A DNA stretch of 64,000 nucleotides from a virus: positions 7,657-71,656 of IMG/VR virus record IMGVR_UViG_3300032315_000470; one strand, written 5' to 3'. A program made the translations under genes and the position numbers. Shown piece after piece: positions 18,282 to 28,676 of the stretch. Under the pieces are notes generated by a model, which was given only the letters and a program-made list of their open reading frames with translations, did no database searches and was not told the origin of the DNA. Numbering within the stretch: the first letter of the stretch is position 1; every line of letters begins with the position of its first letter.

Positions 18282-19632
18282 TGAAGAATTTCTGCGGAAA
18301 GTTTTACCATTTTTAAAGACGGAATATTTTAGTGATAGTGTAGAGAGAACTTTATTTAATGAGATTACATCGTTCACGGAAACTTATAATGCTGCGCCAT
18401 CGGTTGAAGCAATTGATATTGCCGTCAAAGAAAGGCGTAATCTCACGGATGACGAAGTTAAGAGATGTGAATCTTATCTTAAAGAAATCGAAGCTAATAG
18501 CCAAACAGAAACCAAGATTCAATGGCTTGTTGATAAAACAGAATCGTTTTGCCAAGAGAAGGCCATATACAATGCAGTATTGGGGTCTATTTCAATTCTC
18601 GATGGCAAAGACAAAACGAATGATAAAGGTGCGATTCCCAAGATATTATCGGATGCTTTGGCCATTTCTTTCGACAACTCCGTAGGGCATGATTACCTAG
18701 AAAACTCAGATGAACGATATGAATTTTACCATAGAAAAGAAGAACGAATACCCTTTGATTTGGAATATTTTAACAAAATTACAAAGGGAGGACTACCTAC
18801 CAAAACCCTTAATATTGCTCTTGCTGGTACTGGCGTTGGTAAATCTTTGTTTATGTGTCATGTTGCTGCCGGTGCTATGGTTCAAGGAAAAAATGTGTTA
18901 TATATTACACTTGAAATGGCTGAAGAAAAGATTGCTGAAAGAATAGATGCAAACTTATTGAATGTTTCACTTGATGATTTGATGGAACTACCTAAAGATT
19001 TATATGACAAGAAGGTTGCTCGTGTTCGTGAGAAATGTACCGGCAAACTTATCATTAAAGAATACCCAACCGCTTCAGCATCCGTAACACACTTCAGAAC
19101 ATTATTAAATGAACTCAACCTCAAAAGGTCTTTCGTACCTGACATTATCTTTATTGATTATCTTAATATCTGTTGTTCTTCTCGTATTAAGGCTGGTGCG
19201 AATATTAACTCTTACACTTACGTTAAGTCAATCGCAGAAGAACTTAGGGGCCTTGCGGTTGAACATAATGTTCCTATTGTATCTGCTACACAGACTACAA
19301 GGAGTGGATTTACATCGAGCGATCCTGGTTTGGAAGATACGAGTGAGTCATTCGGGTTACCTGCAACCGCCGACTTAATGTTTGCTTTGATTTCTTCAGA
19401 AGAACTGGAAGAACTTGGCCAAATTATGATCAAACAATTGAAGAATAGATATAATGATCCAACATTTCACAAACGATTCACTCTCGGGGTTGATAGAGCT
19501 AAAATGAAACTATATGATGTCGAACAATCCGCACAGACGGGTATTGCAGATGCTGGCCATGATAAACCATTAAACACGTTTGGTACAAGAGAAGAAAAAC
19601 AAAAGAAATCATTTAATGGATTTAAAGTATGA
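18241..19632 (+). CDS. gp41: Replicative helicase
   Basis: AGTGVGKS, LEMAEE, IDYLNI, SATQTTR, QLKNRY. Confidence 0.97.
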   Translation: MKLEQTILKTLIYNEEFLRKVLPFLKTEYFSDSVERTLFNEITSFTETYNAAPSVEAIDIAVKERRNLTDDEVKRCESYLKEIEANSQTETKIQWLVDKTESFCQEKAIYNAVLGSISILDGKDKTNDKGAIPKILSDALAISFDNSVGHDYLENSDERYEFYHRKEERIPFDLEYFNKITKGGLPTKTLNIALAGTGVGKSLFMCHVAAGAMVQGKNVLYITLEMAEEKIAERIDANLLNVSLDDLMELPKDLYDKKVARVREKCTGKLIIKEYPTASASVTHFRTLLNELNLKRSFVPDIIFIDYLNICCSSRIKAGANINSYTYVKSIAEELRGLAVEHNVPIVSATQTTRSGFTSSDPGLEDTSESFGLPATADLMFALISSEELEELGQIMIKQLKNRYNDPTFHKRFTLGVDRAKMKLYDVEQSAQTGIADAGHDKPLNTFGTREEKQKKSFNGFKV

Positions 19633-20738
19633 TAATCTCCAGAGATAATGGTTTGTATTGTGCTAAAGCCTTTCATGATTACTTTAGTAATATTGGAAGT
19701 ACCGAAGAATACATGCGAGATGAGAAGCTAAAGAATGTGGCTGATATGCCATCTTCCTTATTTCCAATTGAAGATGATTTGTTTTCTGATTTCTCGATGC
19801 ATCCAAAAGATATGGATATTGAAGTGTGTGAAATACCAAATGATGTTTGGGAACCATTACTGGCCATTACCAGTTCACATATTAATAAAGCACCAGTTGG
19901 TAAGAATATACAATTGGCAGTCAAGGAAAAGAACTCAGGAAAGATTCTAGGATTCATTCGTTTAGGTTCACCTGTCATCTATATGAAACCCCGTAATGAC
20001 TACCTAGGACAAGTTTGGATTCAAAATGAAGATACTGCCAAGAGGTTTAATACGGCTTGTGTTATGGGTTTCGTAATTGTATCATCTCAACCATTCGGTT
20101 TCAATTACTTGGGTGGTAAACTATTATCTGCCATTTGTACCAGTCACACCGTTAGAGAGATATGTAATAAAAAATATGGCATGAATATATGTTTATTTGA
20201 AACTACCAGTTTATACGGAAGTACCAAGTCGGTTTCACAGTATGATGGTATGAAACCTTATATTCGTTTTAAAGGTCTAACAGAATCGGATATTGTGCCA
20301 ATGATGCACGGACAAAGATACCACGATTTAAAGAACTATGTAGAGAATATTACTGGAGATTTGTTGGGTGGTGATACATCAACAACTAGTAGAAAACTTA
20401 GAACATTCACTAAGATTATTGCTCTCACCAAAGCTGCTTTAAAAGGAACACCTGAAGGAGAGGATTTCAACCTAACGATTGAGAATGCTAAAAAGTTGAC
20501 AGAAAAGAAACGATATTATATCTCTGATTATGGATTTAAGAATACTGTTGACTATATGAATTGTAAAACAGATAAACTTTTACCTGGTGAAAATTATGAG
20601 AAACATAATTTAGAAAACATTATTGCTTGGTGGAAACAGAAAGCAACCAATCGTTATGAATCTCTGAAGGTTGATGGCCGATTAAGAACTGAACTTGAAA
20701 TCTGGACATCAGGCAAAGAGATCCAGATTATCAGATAA
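19629..20738 (+). CDS. DUF4338/DruA-like (Mom-related) protein, paralog 2
   Basis: GKILGFIRLGSP...PRN, QPFGFNYLGGKLLS, ETTSLYG..SQYDG shared with 2274-3539. Confidence 0.6.
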   Translation: MIISRDNGLYCAKAFHDYFSNIGSTEEYMRDEKLKNVADMPSSLFPIEDDLFSDFSMHPKDMDIEVCEIPNDVWEPLLAITSSHINKAPVGKNIQLAVKEKNSGKILGFIRLGSPVIYMKPRNDYLGQVWIQNEDTAKRFNTACVMGFVIVSSQPFGFNYLGGKLLSAICTSHTVREICNKKYGMNICLFETTSLYGSTKSVSQYDGMKPYIRFKGLTESDIVPMMHGQRYHDLKNYVENITGDLLGGDTSTTSRKLRTFTKIIALTKAALKGTPEGEDFNLTIENAKKLTEKKRYYISDYGFKNTVDYMNCKTDKLLPGENYEKHNLENIIAWWKQKATNRYESLKVDGRLRTELEIWTSGKEIQIIR

Positions 20739-20759
20739 ATACTTTCATTTAAAATATAA

Positions 20760-22001
20760 ATGGCCGATACCACCACACTAAACGAAACTGCTCAAGCACT
20801 ATTTTGTTCTTTAGCTGACTATGCCGGTTTGCAATTAACCGAAAAGATTTTTGTTATAGAAAAATATCCAACATATCCGTTATTTCGTAGTTTTTGGAAC
20901 AGCAAGGAAAATCCTGTTAAAGGCCTAACAATTGAACAAGCCTATAATAAAAGGGTTGATGCTCCTAACGTAACATTCCAGATGTTAGAAACACACTTAA
21001 CGAATAATAAAGATTGGTTTACATCGTCACTTCTTGTTGCCAAAAAATTAATGGAAGATATTCAAACGGTTAGTGCGCAATTTAGTACGATCAAACAACC
21101 AAAATGGTCCGATATTTTTTATGTTCGTGGTGATAAACCTGTCATGAAAACGATTGAGGATCTTTTCAATATTGCTAATGAAACACAAAAAGAATTGAAT
21201 AAAATACACGATTCTGACCGAGCAGTTGTTTTTGGTGATATCAATAAGTGGTCACCTGCCGACATTTATTTTACGACAGAAGGTATGCGTAAGAAATTGG
21301 ATGAATCTTTATATACAGCAAATAAAAATTCCAAAACATTTACCTTCATTCAACTCAATAAACTTATAAGTGATGGTATCAACAAAGGTGAGTTGTTACC
21401 TTTATCACTAAAAAAACAAACAAAACAGGTCGTATTACAAAAAGTAAACTTTAATCGAGCTTCCGAAATTAAAAAAATTGGTTCTTATGGTTACTTTGGT
21501 GTTAGTGATTGGAAATTATATACAGTAAAATCTCCTCAAACTAGAGATTTAAAAATATTTTTTGAAAAAACAAAAAAAGATCATATCAAAGTTAGACATG
21601 ACGCATCTACTGCCGGTTTAAAATCCGAATATATTGGCGCAGACGCTGAAGCACGTGGGGGATCAATAGGTTCTATAAACATTTTTACAGATTTGATATC
21701 CCTATTGGATCCTAAGTTTGGTAGAGAATTATTATCAATCTATAATGATGGTAATAAGAAGTTTAAAGAACAAGTTAAGAATCTTGGGCCAAAACCAACA
21801 GATCCAAAAGTCAAAAAAATATTTGATGCCAAAAGAGGAGAATTGAGTGCATTGTATGTAACAAATGCTATAATTCCACCATTGTTGAAATGGTTAAAAA
21901 GTGGTGAAAATAATGGACGTTCTGATGAATTTGTACGATTGATTTACCAATATATGACCTCCAGAACAGTCATGTCAAGTAAATTTGTAATAGCAAAATA
22001 A
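20760..22001 (+). CDS. Hypothetical protein, possible PD-(D/E)xK nuclease
   Basis: NKWSPADIY ... LPLSLKK motif; GATAAATA late-promoter-like site upstream. Confidence 0.5.
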   Translation: MADTTTLNETAQALFCSLADYAGLQLTEKIFVIEKYPTYPLFRSFWNSKENPVKGLTIEQAYNKRVDAPNVTFQMLETHLTNNKDWFTSSLLVAKKLMEDIQTVSAQFSTIKQPKWSDIFYVRGDKPVMKTIEDLFNIANETQKELNKIHDSDRAVVFGDINKWSPADIYFTTEGMRKKLDESLYTANKNSKTFTFIQLNKLISDGINKGELLPLSLKKQTKQVVLQKVNFNRASEIKKIGSYGYFGVSDWKLYTVKSPQTRDLKIFFEKTKKDHIKVRHDASTAGLKSEYIGADAEARGGSIGSINIFTDLISLLDPKFGRELLSIYNDGNKKFKEQVKNLGPKPTDPKVKKIFDAKRGELSALYVTNAIIPPLLKWLKSGENNGRSDEFVRLIYQYMTSRTVMSSKFVIAK

Positions 22002-22010
22002 GGATAAATT

Positions 22011-22289
22011 ATGGCACTTATTGATTTTGATAAACTAGCACAAGAGTTTGATGCTACTGATGACTTTGGATTCTCTGCTGTTTCTGAAGAAGAATACAAT
22101 GCTGTGGTCAACAAAACAGCTGAAACAGCTGATGATTATAAAACTCGTCTTACTGAAGTGGAAAAAATAATTATACCCTTTCTTCAAAAGTTACATTCGA
22201 CTGGAGAAAAAGAATACATATATTGGCCTAATCGTAAACCGATTATTGAAAAACAAATTGAAAGAATATTGAAATTAACTAGAGATTAA
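22011..22289 (+). CDS. Conserved phage hypothetical protein
   Basis: DDFGFSAV and YIYWPNR motifs. Confidence 0.6.
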   Translation: MALIDFDKLAQEFDATDDFGFSAVSEEEYNAVVNKTAETADDYKTRLTEVEKIIIPFLQKLHSTGEKEYIYWPNRKPIIEKQIERILKLTRD

Positions 22290-22292
22290 ATT

Positions 22293-23009
22293 ATGTCTGC
22301 TACCGTGATTATACCAACTACTGGATCACCAGAAGTTAAACTTGCTGTCGAATCTGTTCTGAATCAAAGTCATCCTACCACATGTTACGTTGTAATTGAT
22401 GGTGATGAGAATGTAGAAAAAACATTAGAAGTATTAGATTCAACCCTAAATGATGAACGAGTACAAATTTGTTCACTACCAATCAATGTTGGTGCCAAAG
22501 GTTTCTATGGTCACCGTGTCTATGCTGCATTTACCCACCTAGTTGATACTGAATATGTTTCTTATCTGGATCAAGATAATTGGTTATATCGATCACACGT
22601 TAAAGAGTGTATTGACACAATTCAAAAATCAAACCTAGACTGGTGTTATTCGTTACGACAGATATACAACAAACAAGGAAAACTGGTCACCTTTGATGAC
22701 TGTGAATCTTTAGGTATTTGGCCAACATATCATGGCCATCATCACATAGATACTAATTGTTATTTTATAAAAACAGATGTGGCAACAAAAATTGCAAGTG
22801 TTTGGCACGGTGGTTGGGGACAAGATAGAGTTTTTCTACAGGCAATCACTAAACATTTTCCCAAGTTCTATTGCACTGGTGAATACACAACTTGTTATAG
22901 AGTGGACGGTGGTCAAGGTTCTGTTACAGCAGAATTCTTTCAGAATGGTAATAAGATAATGAATGAAAAATATAATGGAGTTTTCCCGTGGCGAGCAAAA
23001 AAGATTTAA
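22293..23009 (+). CDS. Glycosyltransferase family 2
   Basis: VIIPT...AVESVLNQS...VVIDG; YLDQDN. Confidence 0.88.
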   Translation: MSATVIIPTTGSPEVKLAVESVLNQSHPTTCYVVIDGDENVEKTLEVLDSTLNDERVQICSLPINVGAKGFYGHRVYAAFTHLVDTEYVSYLDQDNWLYRSHVKECIDTIQKSNLDWCYSLRQIYNKQGKLVTFDDCESLGIWPTYHGHHHIDTNCYFIKTDVATKIASVWHGGWGQDRVFLQAITKHFPKFYCTGEYTTCYRVDGGQGSVTAEFFQNGNKIMNEKYNGVFPWRAKKI

Positions 23010-23845
23010 TCATTGGTGCATTTACAAATTACAATTACAATCAACTAAAGCCTTGGGTTGAATCGATTGATGAACTGTATGGTTCAGACAACATCGAAAA
23101 GGTAATGGTTGTTGGTAATGCTTCACAAGAAACTAAAGATGAACTAATAAAGAGAAATTTCACTTTAGTTGATATGCCACAAGCAAATATTCCTGTGCAT
23201 GTTCTTCGTTTTCTTTCCATATACGAATATCTAAGAACAAACTATAACAAATATCGATATGTGGTTACCACAGATGTTAAAGATGTATATTTTCAAAAGA
23301 ATCCATTTCAATGGTTAGAAAACAATTTGGGTTCTTGTAAATTGGTTGCCGGTTCAGAAGGTATGAGATACAAAGATGAGCCTTGGGGTAATGAGAACTT
23401 AATGCAAGCCTATGGTCCGTATGTACACAGTCTATTCAAAGACAATACAATTTACAATGTAGGAACGATTGGTGGTGAATCGGAGTATGTTAAAGACCTA
23501 GTGTTCAACATCTTCACTAATGCCACCAACCGTCCAATTCCTATCGTTGACCAAGCGGTATACAATGTACTAATCAATACTGTACCATATAGTGACATTA
23601 CTTATTTCGCATATCAATTAGATGGATGGGCAGTTCAGGCCGGCACAACAGTAGATCCATCCAAAATAGAACAGTTTAGGCCACATCTACTAGAAGCTGA
23701 GCCTAAATTTGAAGATGGTGTTGTTAAAACATCTTTGGGACAACCTTTCTGTATTGTGCATCAATATGACCGAGTACCTGAATGGAAAAAGTTTGTTGAA
23801 AAAAAATATGGACAAGAAGATTTAATTACTTTTAGGACAATATAA
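22988..23845 (+). CDS. GT-A glycosyltransferase-like protein
   Basis: TDVKDVYFQKNPF, NVGTIGG, DQAVYN, VHQYDR. Confidence 0.7.
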   Translation: MASKKDLIIGAFTNYNYNQLKPWVESIDELYGSDNIEKVMVVGNASQETKDELIKRNFTLVDMPQANIPVHVLRFLSIYEYLRTNYNKYRYVVTTDVKDVYFQKNPFQWLENNLGSCKLVAGSEGMRYKDEPWGNENLMQAYGPYVHSLFKDNTIYNVGTIGGESEYVKDLVFNIFTNATNRPIPIVDQAVYNVLINTVPYSDITYFAYQLDGWAVQAGTTVDPSKIEQFRPHLLEAEPKFEDGVVKTSLGQPFCIVHQYDRVPEWKKFVEKKYGQEDLITFRTI

Positions 23846-24372
23846 TGGACTTTGAAAAAGAATATCAAGATGCGTGTGTGAGGGTTACGGATATACATGA
23901 ACACTTACCAGTTTTATCTGATTTAACCTCACAATGTAATTATGTAACCGAACTTGGTGTTGGTTGGGCTCAAAGCACAAGAGCATTTCTCCGTCACGAT
24001 GTTACGTTACATAGTTATGAATATCTTCCGCAACCAGGAATTGTAGATTTCTTTATTCAAGCCAGAAATGCTGGTCGTAATGTTGCTTTGCATATTGCTG
24101 ATACTAGAAAAGTTGAGATTGAGCCTACAGACTTATTATTTGTTGATAGTTTACACATCTACGAACAAGTGAAAACCGAATTAGAATTACACGCAGATAA
24201 AGCAAAAAAATATATTGTATTTCACGACACAACATCTTATGCCGATAATGGTGAGTTCGGCGGCAAAGGCATTTGGCCTGCCATTCAAGAATTCATTGAT
24301 TCACATTCGGAATGGCAATTGGTTGAAAGAAGAACAAATAATAACGGACTAACAATATTAAAACGAGCATGA
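23845..24372 (+). CDS. Class I SAM-dependent methyltransferase (Methyltransf_24-like)
   Basis: ELGVG, DLLFVDSLH, IVFHDT. Confidence 0.8.
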   Translation: MDFEKEYQDACVRVTDIHEHLPVLSDLTSQCNYVTELGVGWAQSTRAFLRHDVTLHSYEYLPQPGIVDFFIQARNAGRNVALHIADTRKVEIEPTDLLFVDSLHIYEQVKTELELHADKAKKYIVFHDTTSYADNGEFGGKGIWPAIQEFIDSHSEWQLVERRTNNNGLTILKRA

Positions 24373-25136
24373 GTATATCTTTTTTTCATATAGCTGCATA
24401 TACTAAGTCTGCTGAAGTTATTGTTGAATCGGCGAGAAAACATCATCCAAAAGATTTTTATTTTCTTGGTGTTGATGGAGAACACGACATTGCTGAATTT
24501 GCAAAAAATAATGATTGCCATTATAAAAAGTTTACACCAATAGGACCACCAATATATCCACAAGGTTGGAACTTAGATAGGTCATTAGAATTTTTGGACC
24601 GTTTTTACACCACCTGTCAACTATCAAAGGCATCCCACATAATTATGATGGAAGATGATGTATTGATATTGAAACCTATTACCGTGAATCCTGAATGGGA
24701 ACATGCTTGTGCTGACACAAAAGTTGGTAATATAATACCCGAACCGGTTCACGATTTAATTGAACAACATTGTGGTAAACGGCCAACATTTAAACAATAT
24801 GGTGCCGGTGGAGGTTCAATATTTAAAGTTAAAACATTTATGGATCACTATGATACAAATATTGAATGGTTTAAAAAACATTTTGATGAAATACAATCTT
24901 ATTATCCAACCATAGGTTATTTGGATTGTTTTATGAATGTCTATTATTTTTTAGCTGGCAAAGATTATTGTGTAAATTATCGTAGAGCTGACACACATAA
25001 TCATAAAGCAGGATTTGATTATGAAAAATTTATAGACAATTTACCAAGCGATGTTGAGATTTTAAATAATTATAAAAAATATTATTTTAAAACCAATGAT
25101 GAGGTTATAACATTTAACACAGAGCAACTAGTATGA
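24369..25136 (+). CDS. Putative glycosyltransferase
   Basis: MMEDDV acidic motif; position within the glycan cassette. Confidence 0.5.
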   Translation: MSISFFHIAAYTKSAEVIVESARKHHPKDFYFLGVDGEHDIAEFAKNNDCHYKKFTPIGPPIYPQGWNLDRSLEFLDRFYTTCQLSKASHIIMMEDDVLILKPITVNPEWEHACADTKVGNIIPEPVHDLIEQHCGKRPTFKQYGAGGGSIFKVKTFMDHYDTNIEWFKKHFDEIQSYYPTIGYLDCFMNVYYFLAGKDYCVNYRRADTHNHKAGFDYEKFIDNLPSDVEILNNYKKYYFKTNDEVITFNTEQLV

Positions 25137-25930
25137 ACGACATTACAATAGTTACTGCTTTTTTTGATATTGGTAGAGGTGATTGGACTCCAGAAAAAGG
25201 ATTACCACACTATCTACAACGAACAAGTAAGACCTATTTGGAAAGATTTGGCCACTTAGCCAAGTTGGAAAATCCAATGGTTGTATATACATCTAAAGAA
25301 TTTTCTGATGATATACGATTTTTAAGGCAAGATAGGCCAACCGAAATACTGATTATTGATTTCAATAATTCTTTTGAAAAACTCAAAGAAGAAGTTTCTA
25401 ATGTACAAAAGAATCCAGAATATCAATCGAAAATAAATCCCATGCAAGTACGCAATCCAGAATATTGGAACGCTGATTATGTGGTAGTAAATGCTTTAAA
25501 GTCGTCCTTTGTTACAAGAGCTTTACAGAGCCAACTTATAAAAACGGATTTGGTTGCTTGGTTAGATTTTGGTTACTGTCGTGATGCATCAACACTCAAT
25601 GGTGTAAAAAAATGGAAATACAATTTTAACAAAGAGAAGATTCATTTTTTCAATGTTAAAGATTATGTCGATGGTACATATATTCAAGATATTATTGCAA
25701 ATAATGATGTACATATTACAGGCCCATGTATTGTTGCTAGTAAGGATATGTGGCCTACACTCGAAGCATTAGTTTACCATAGTATTACTGAACTAATTAA
25801 AAATGACTTGATTGATGACGACCAAACTTTGTTGTTGATGTCATACTTACAAAAACCTGAAATATTCGAATTACATAGAGTTTCTGGTGATGATTGGTTT
25901 GTAGCTTTTAAGGAATATAATGAAGATTAA
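25133..25930 (+). CDS. HtrL/YibB (WlaTC) family glycosyltransferase
   Basis: ITIVTAFFDIGRGDW, AWLDFGY, DDDQ. Confidence 0.85.
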   Translation: MNDITIVTAFFDIGRGDWTPEKGLPHYLQRTSKTYLERFGHLAKLENPMVVYTSKEFSDDIRFLRQDRPTEILIIDFNNSFEKLKEEVSNVQKNPEYQSKINPMQVRNPEYWNADYVVVNALKSSFVTRALQSQLIKTDLVAWLDFGYCRDASTLNGVKKWKYNFNKEKIHFFNVKDYVDGTYIQDIIANNDVHITGPCIVASKDMWPTLEALVYHSITELIKNDLIDDDQTLLLMSYLQKPEIFELHRVSGDDWFVAFKEYNED

Positions 25931-26651
25931 AATTGATTGCACAGCCAACCTTGGCGATTTCTGTAATGCATTACCTGTAATATCTGGTATCTCAAAATAT
26001 AAAAATGAAAAAATTCATCTTATCATTAGACCAGAAATGCGTAAGTTTAATGGCATCAAAGAGTTTTTAAAATATCAACCAATGATTGAAGATGTGGATT
26101 TCTCAGATGATTTACTTGTCTTTGGTGATGTCATGACAATTAGTTCATGGACTCGTATGGACCAAGAAGATTCAAATCGTCCTATTGAGACCTGTCGTTA
26201 TGAAAATTGGGTAAACGATAATTACGGAATGTTATTTGAAGTTGATGATAATTTTGAGATTCAAGTTTTCCCAATGTTTATTGATAATTTAAATGACAAA
26301 ACTATTGTTGGTGATAGATGGTCTGCAAAACAAGATCCTAATGTTGATGCGAGGCGTTCTACCAATGTTATTGAGAATGGTGCAAATCTCGACCATGACA
26401 AGGTTGTATACATGGATTACTCAAAGCCACTAATGTATAATTGCAATCTTATTAAACAGAATCCCAATCCATTTATTACTACATTTACAGGTATTGGTAT
26501 TATTGCTGACCTAATGAACAAAGAAACAATTGTTGGTTGGGATGAAGATATGAGGACTTGGGATGGCCATCCTGTTGAGTTTGATTTTAAACGACACTAC
26601 TATGGTAATCGCAAATCAAAATTAGTTTATGTAAAAGATATTACACTATGA
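25920..26651 (+). CDS. GT-B (GT9-like) glycosyltransferase-like protein
   Basis: NLGDFCNALP start; FITTFTGIGIIA near the C-terminus. Confidence 0.5.
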   Translation: MKIKIDCTANLGDFCNALPVISGISKYKNEKIHLIIRPEMRKFNGIKEFLKYQPMIEDVDFSDDLLVFGDVMTISSWTRMDQEDSNRPIETCRYENWVNDNYGMLFEVDDNFEIQVFPMFIDNLNDKTIVGDRWSAKQDPNVDARRSTNVIENGANLDHDKVVYMDYSKPLMYNCNLIKQNPNPFITTFTGIGIIADLMNKETIVGWDEDMRTWDGHPVEFDFKRHYYGNRKSKLVYVKDITL

Positions 26652-27361
26652 TCATTAACATTGAACCAGGCACTTTTGGTACAATTCGTAATGGTGATAT
26701 GATTGCTGTTGCGAATGTACTAGAACACATTAGAAAAACAAATAACGATCCTACAATACAGTTTCATTTGAAACCAGGAAATGTTAGCTCAGACACACAT
26801 TGTCAAACATTTTATGAGATAATGTTGAAGATGACTAACTATTTCTCCAAAGAAGAAGGTACAGAGTCTTTACCTTGGAGAAAGGTCAATGTTTGGGACT
26901 TTAGAGATATCTCTGGTGACCTGGTAAAAATACACAATGATGTCGAAATGCAGAAGAAGATTGTTATTTTTCCATTGTTTGATGCACCATACAACACATA
27001 CCGAAATTGGCCAAAAGAATTATTACCACACTTGATTGAAAAGTATAGTACCGAAGAATATAAAGATTATGAGAAAATAATCTGTAAGAAAGGTGAACCG
27101 ACAGAAGGTTGCCCATTTGAAGGTTGGAGGTATTCTACCAACTTTGTTCAAAATTATTACCACATTACCACATCAGAAATCTTTATTGGTGGCGATACTG
27201 GTTCTAGCCATTTTGCTTGGGCTCTTGACAAAGGACCTAAAGACCTGATATACTATAACTCCAGTAGGGGACTGATACATACTCTACCATTTTACCTATT
27301 GCAGGGAAAAGGTAGAATGACAAACTATTGGTTGGATTTTGAAAATACAAAATGGAATTAA
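26648..27361 (+). CDS. GT9-like (heptosyltransferase-type) protein
   Basis: RNGDMI, RNWP, FIGGDTGSSHFA. Confidence 0.65.
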   Translation: MIINIEPGTFGTIRNGDMIAVANVLEHIRKTNNDPTIQFHLKPGNVSSDTHCQTFYEIMLKMTNYFSKEEGTESLPWRKVNVWDFRDISGDLVKIHNDVEMQKKIVIFPLFDAPYNTYRNWPKELLPHLIEKYSTEEYKDYEKIICKKGEPTEGCPFEGWRYSTNFVQNYYHITTSEIFIGGDTGSSHFAWALDKGPKDLIYYNSSRGLIHTLPFYLLQGKGRMTNYWLDFENTKWN

Positions 27362-27432
27362 AAGACAACATTTGATGCACTATGTATCGAACCCAATCTT
27401 TCTACGATTTAGCTGTATAAATCCAAAAGTTG

Positions 27433-27440
27433 TATAAATA
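27433..27440 (+). promoter_or_regulatory. T4-type late promoter
   Basis: Exact TATAAATA followed by hairpin GCAAC-N8-GTTGC and TAAGGA RBS. Confidence 0.75.
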
Positions 27441-27485
27441 AGCGAACGGCAACCAAAGTGTGTTGCAAATCTAGTAAGGAAATCA

Positions 27486-28676
27486 ATGTTATCATTTAAG
27501 TCATTCTTAAAAGAAGAATCTGAGACCGGTTCTGAACTTAAACACATTCATCATGCCGAAGATAGACCTTTAATGCATGGTCATTCTGGTTTTGAACACG
27601 CTCATGCAGCTTTGATGAAAGCTCATGCACACATGACCGGTGGACATAAAAGTACCAATTTGACAATGAAATATGATGGTTCACCATCCATTGTTTTTGG
27701 CCATCATCCTAAGAATAATAAATTCTTTGTTGCAACCAAATCGGCTTTCAATAAGAATCCAAAGATTAATCACACAGAAGCCGATATTGATAGAAATCAT
27801 GGCCATGCACCAGGATTAGCAAAAACACTCAAACACGCTCTCAAACATCTACCAAAAGTAACACCCAAACAAGGAGTGTTTCAAGGCGACTTGATGCACC
27901 ATGCAGATACCAAAACACTACACGAAGGTTATCTAGCAGAAGCTAAAGGTGATGTTTCTTTCACACCAAATACCATCACATATACCGCTAAAGGTAAAGA
28001 AGCTGACAAGATTAAAAAGTCTAAAGTTGGGGTTGTGGTTCACACCCAATATAGTCACGACTTGAAACACAATACACCCCATGTAGATACCAGTAAATTT
28101 AAAGAGCATCCAGATGTACACATTCATGGTGCTGAACATGACACAAGTAAAGTTAAACACTCGGCAGAGAACGAGAAACACTTCCAGAAACATATGGCGG
28201 CCGCCAAAGAAATTCATGACACACATGGTCACAAAATGTATGATTCTATACACAAAAATCATAGTGGAGAAGCTGGCCACCTATCGACATACATAAACAA
28301 GACAGTAAGACACGATGAAGTGCCTAGTGTAAAAGGTTTTAAAGAACACTTACATGATGTTCATTCTAAAATGGCTGCAAAAGTTAAAACTGATAAATCG
28401 AAATCAGAAAAAACAAAACAGGGAGAGTCTGAAATCTCTCATGTTGAAAAACACAAAGCACATTATGGAAACTTATTGTCAATGCATCACCATTTACACC
28501 AAGCCAAAAACGCTTTGGTTAAATCATTAGAAACACATGAGGGACATTACCAACACCATATTGAAGGTAAAAAGTCTAAACCTGAAGGTTTCGTAGTTCA
28601 TCACGACAGTCAACCAACCAAATTGGTTAACCGTGCTGAATTTGCTAAACAAAATTTATTAAAAGTTAGAAAATGA
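27486..28676 (+). CDS. His-rich ligase-like nucleotidyltransferase (DUF6267-like) with capsid-targeting-like N-terminus
   Basis: KYDG (motif I), ATKS, QGDL, PEGFV, KLV; N-terminus MLSFKSFLKEE. Confidence 0.65.
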   Translation: MLSFKSFLKEESETGSELKHIHHAEDRPLMHGHSGFEHAHAALMKAHAHMTGGHKSTNLTMKYDGSPSIVFGHHPKNNKFFVATKSAFNKNPKINHTEADIDRNHGHAPGLAKTLKHALKHLPKVTPKQGVFQGDLMHHADTKTLHEGYLAEAKGDVSFTPNTITYTAKGKEADKIKKSKVGVVVHTQYSHDLKHNTPHVDTSKFKEHPDVHIHGAEHDTSKVKHSAENEKHFQKHMAAAKEIHDTHGHKMYDSIHKNHSGEAGHLSTYINKTVRHDEVPSVKGFKEHLHDVHSKMAAKVKTDKSKSEKTKQGESEISHVEKHKAHYGNLLSMHHHLHQAKNALVKSLETHEGHYQHHIEGKKSKPEGFVVHHDSQPTKLVNRAEFAKQNLLKVRK

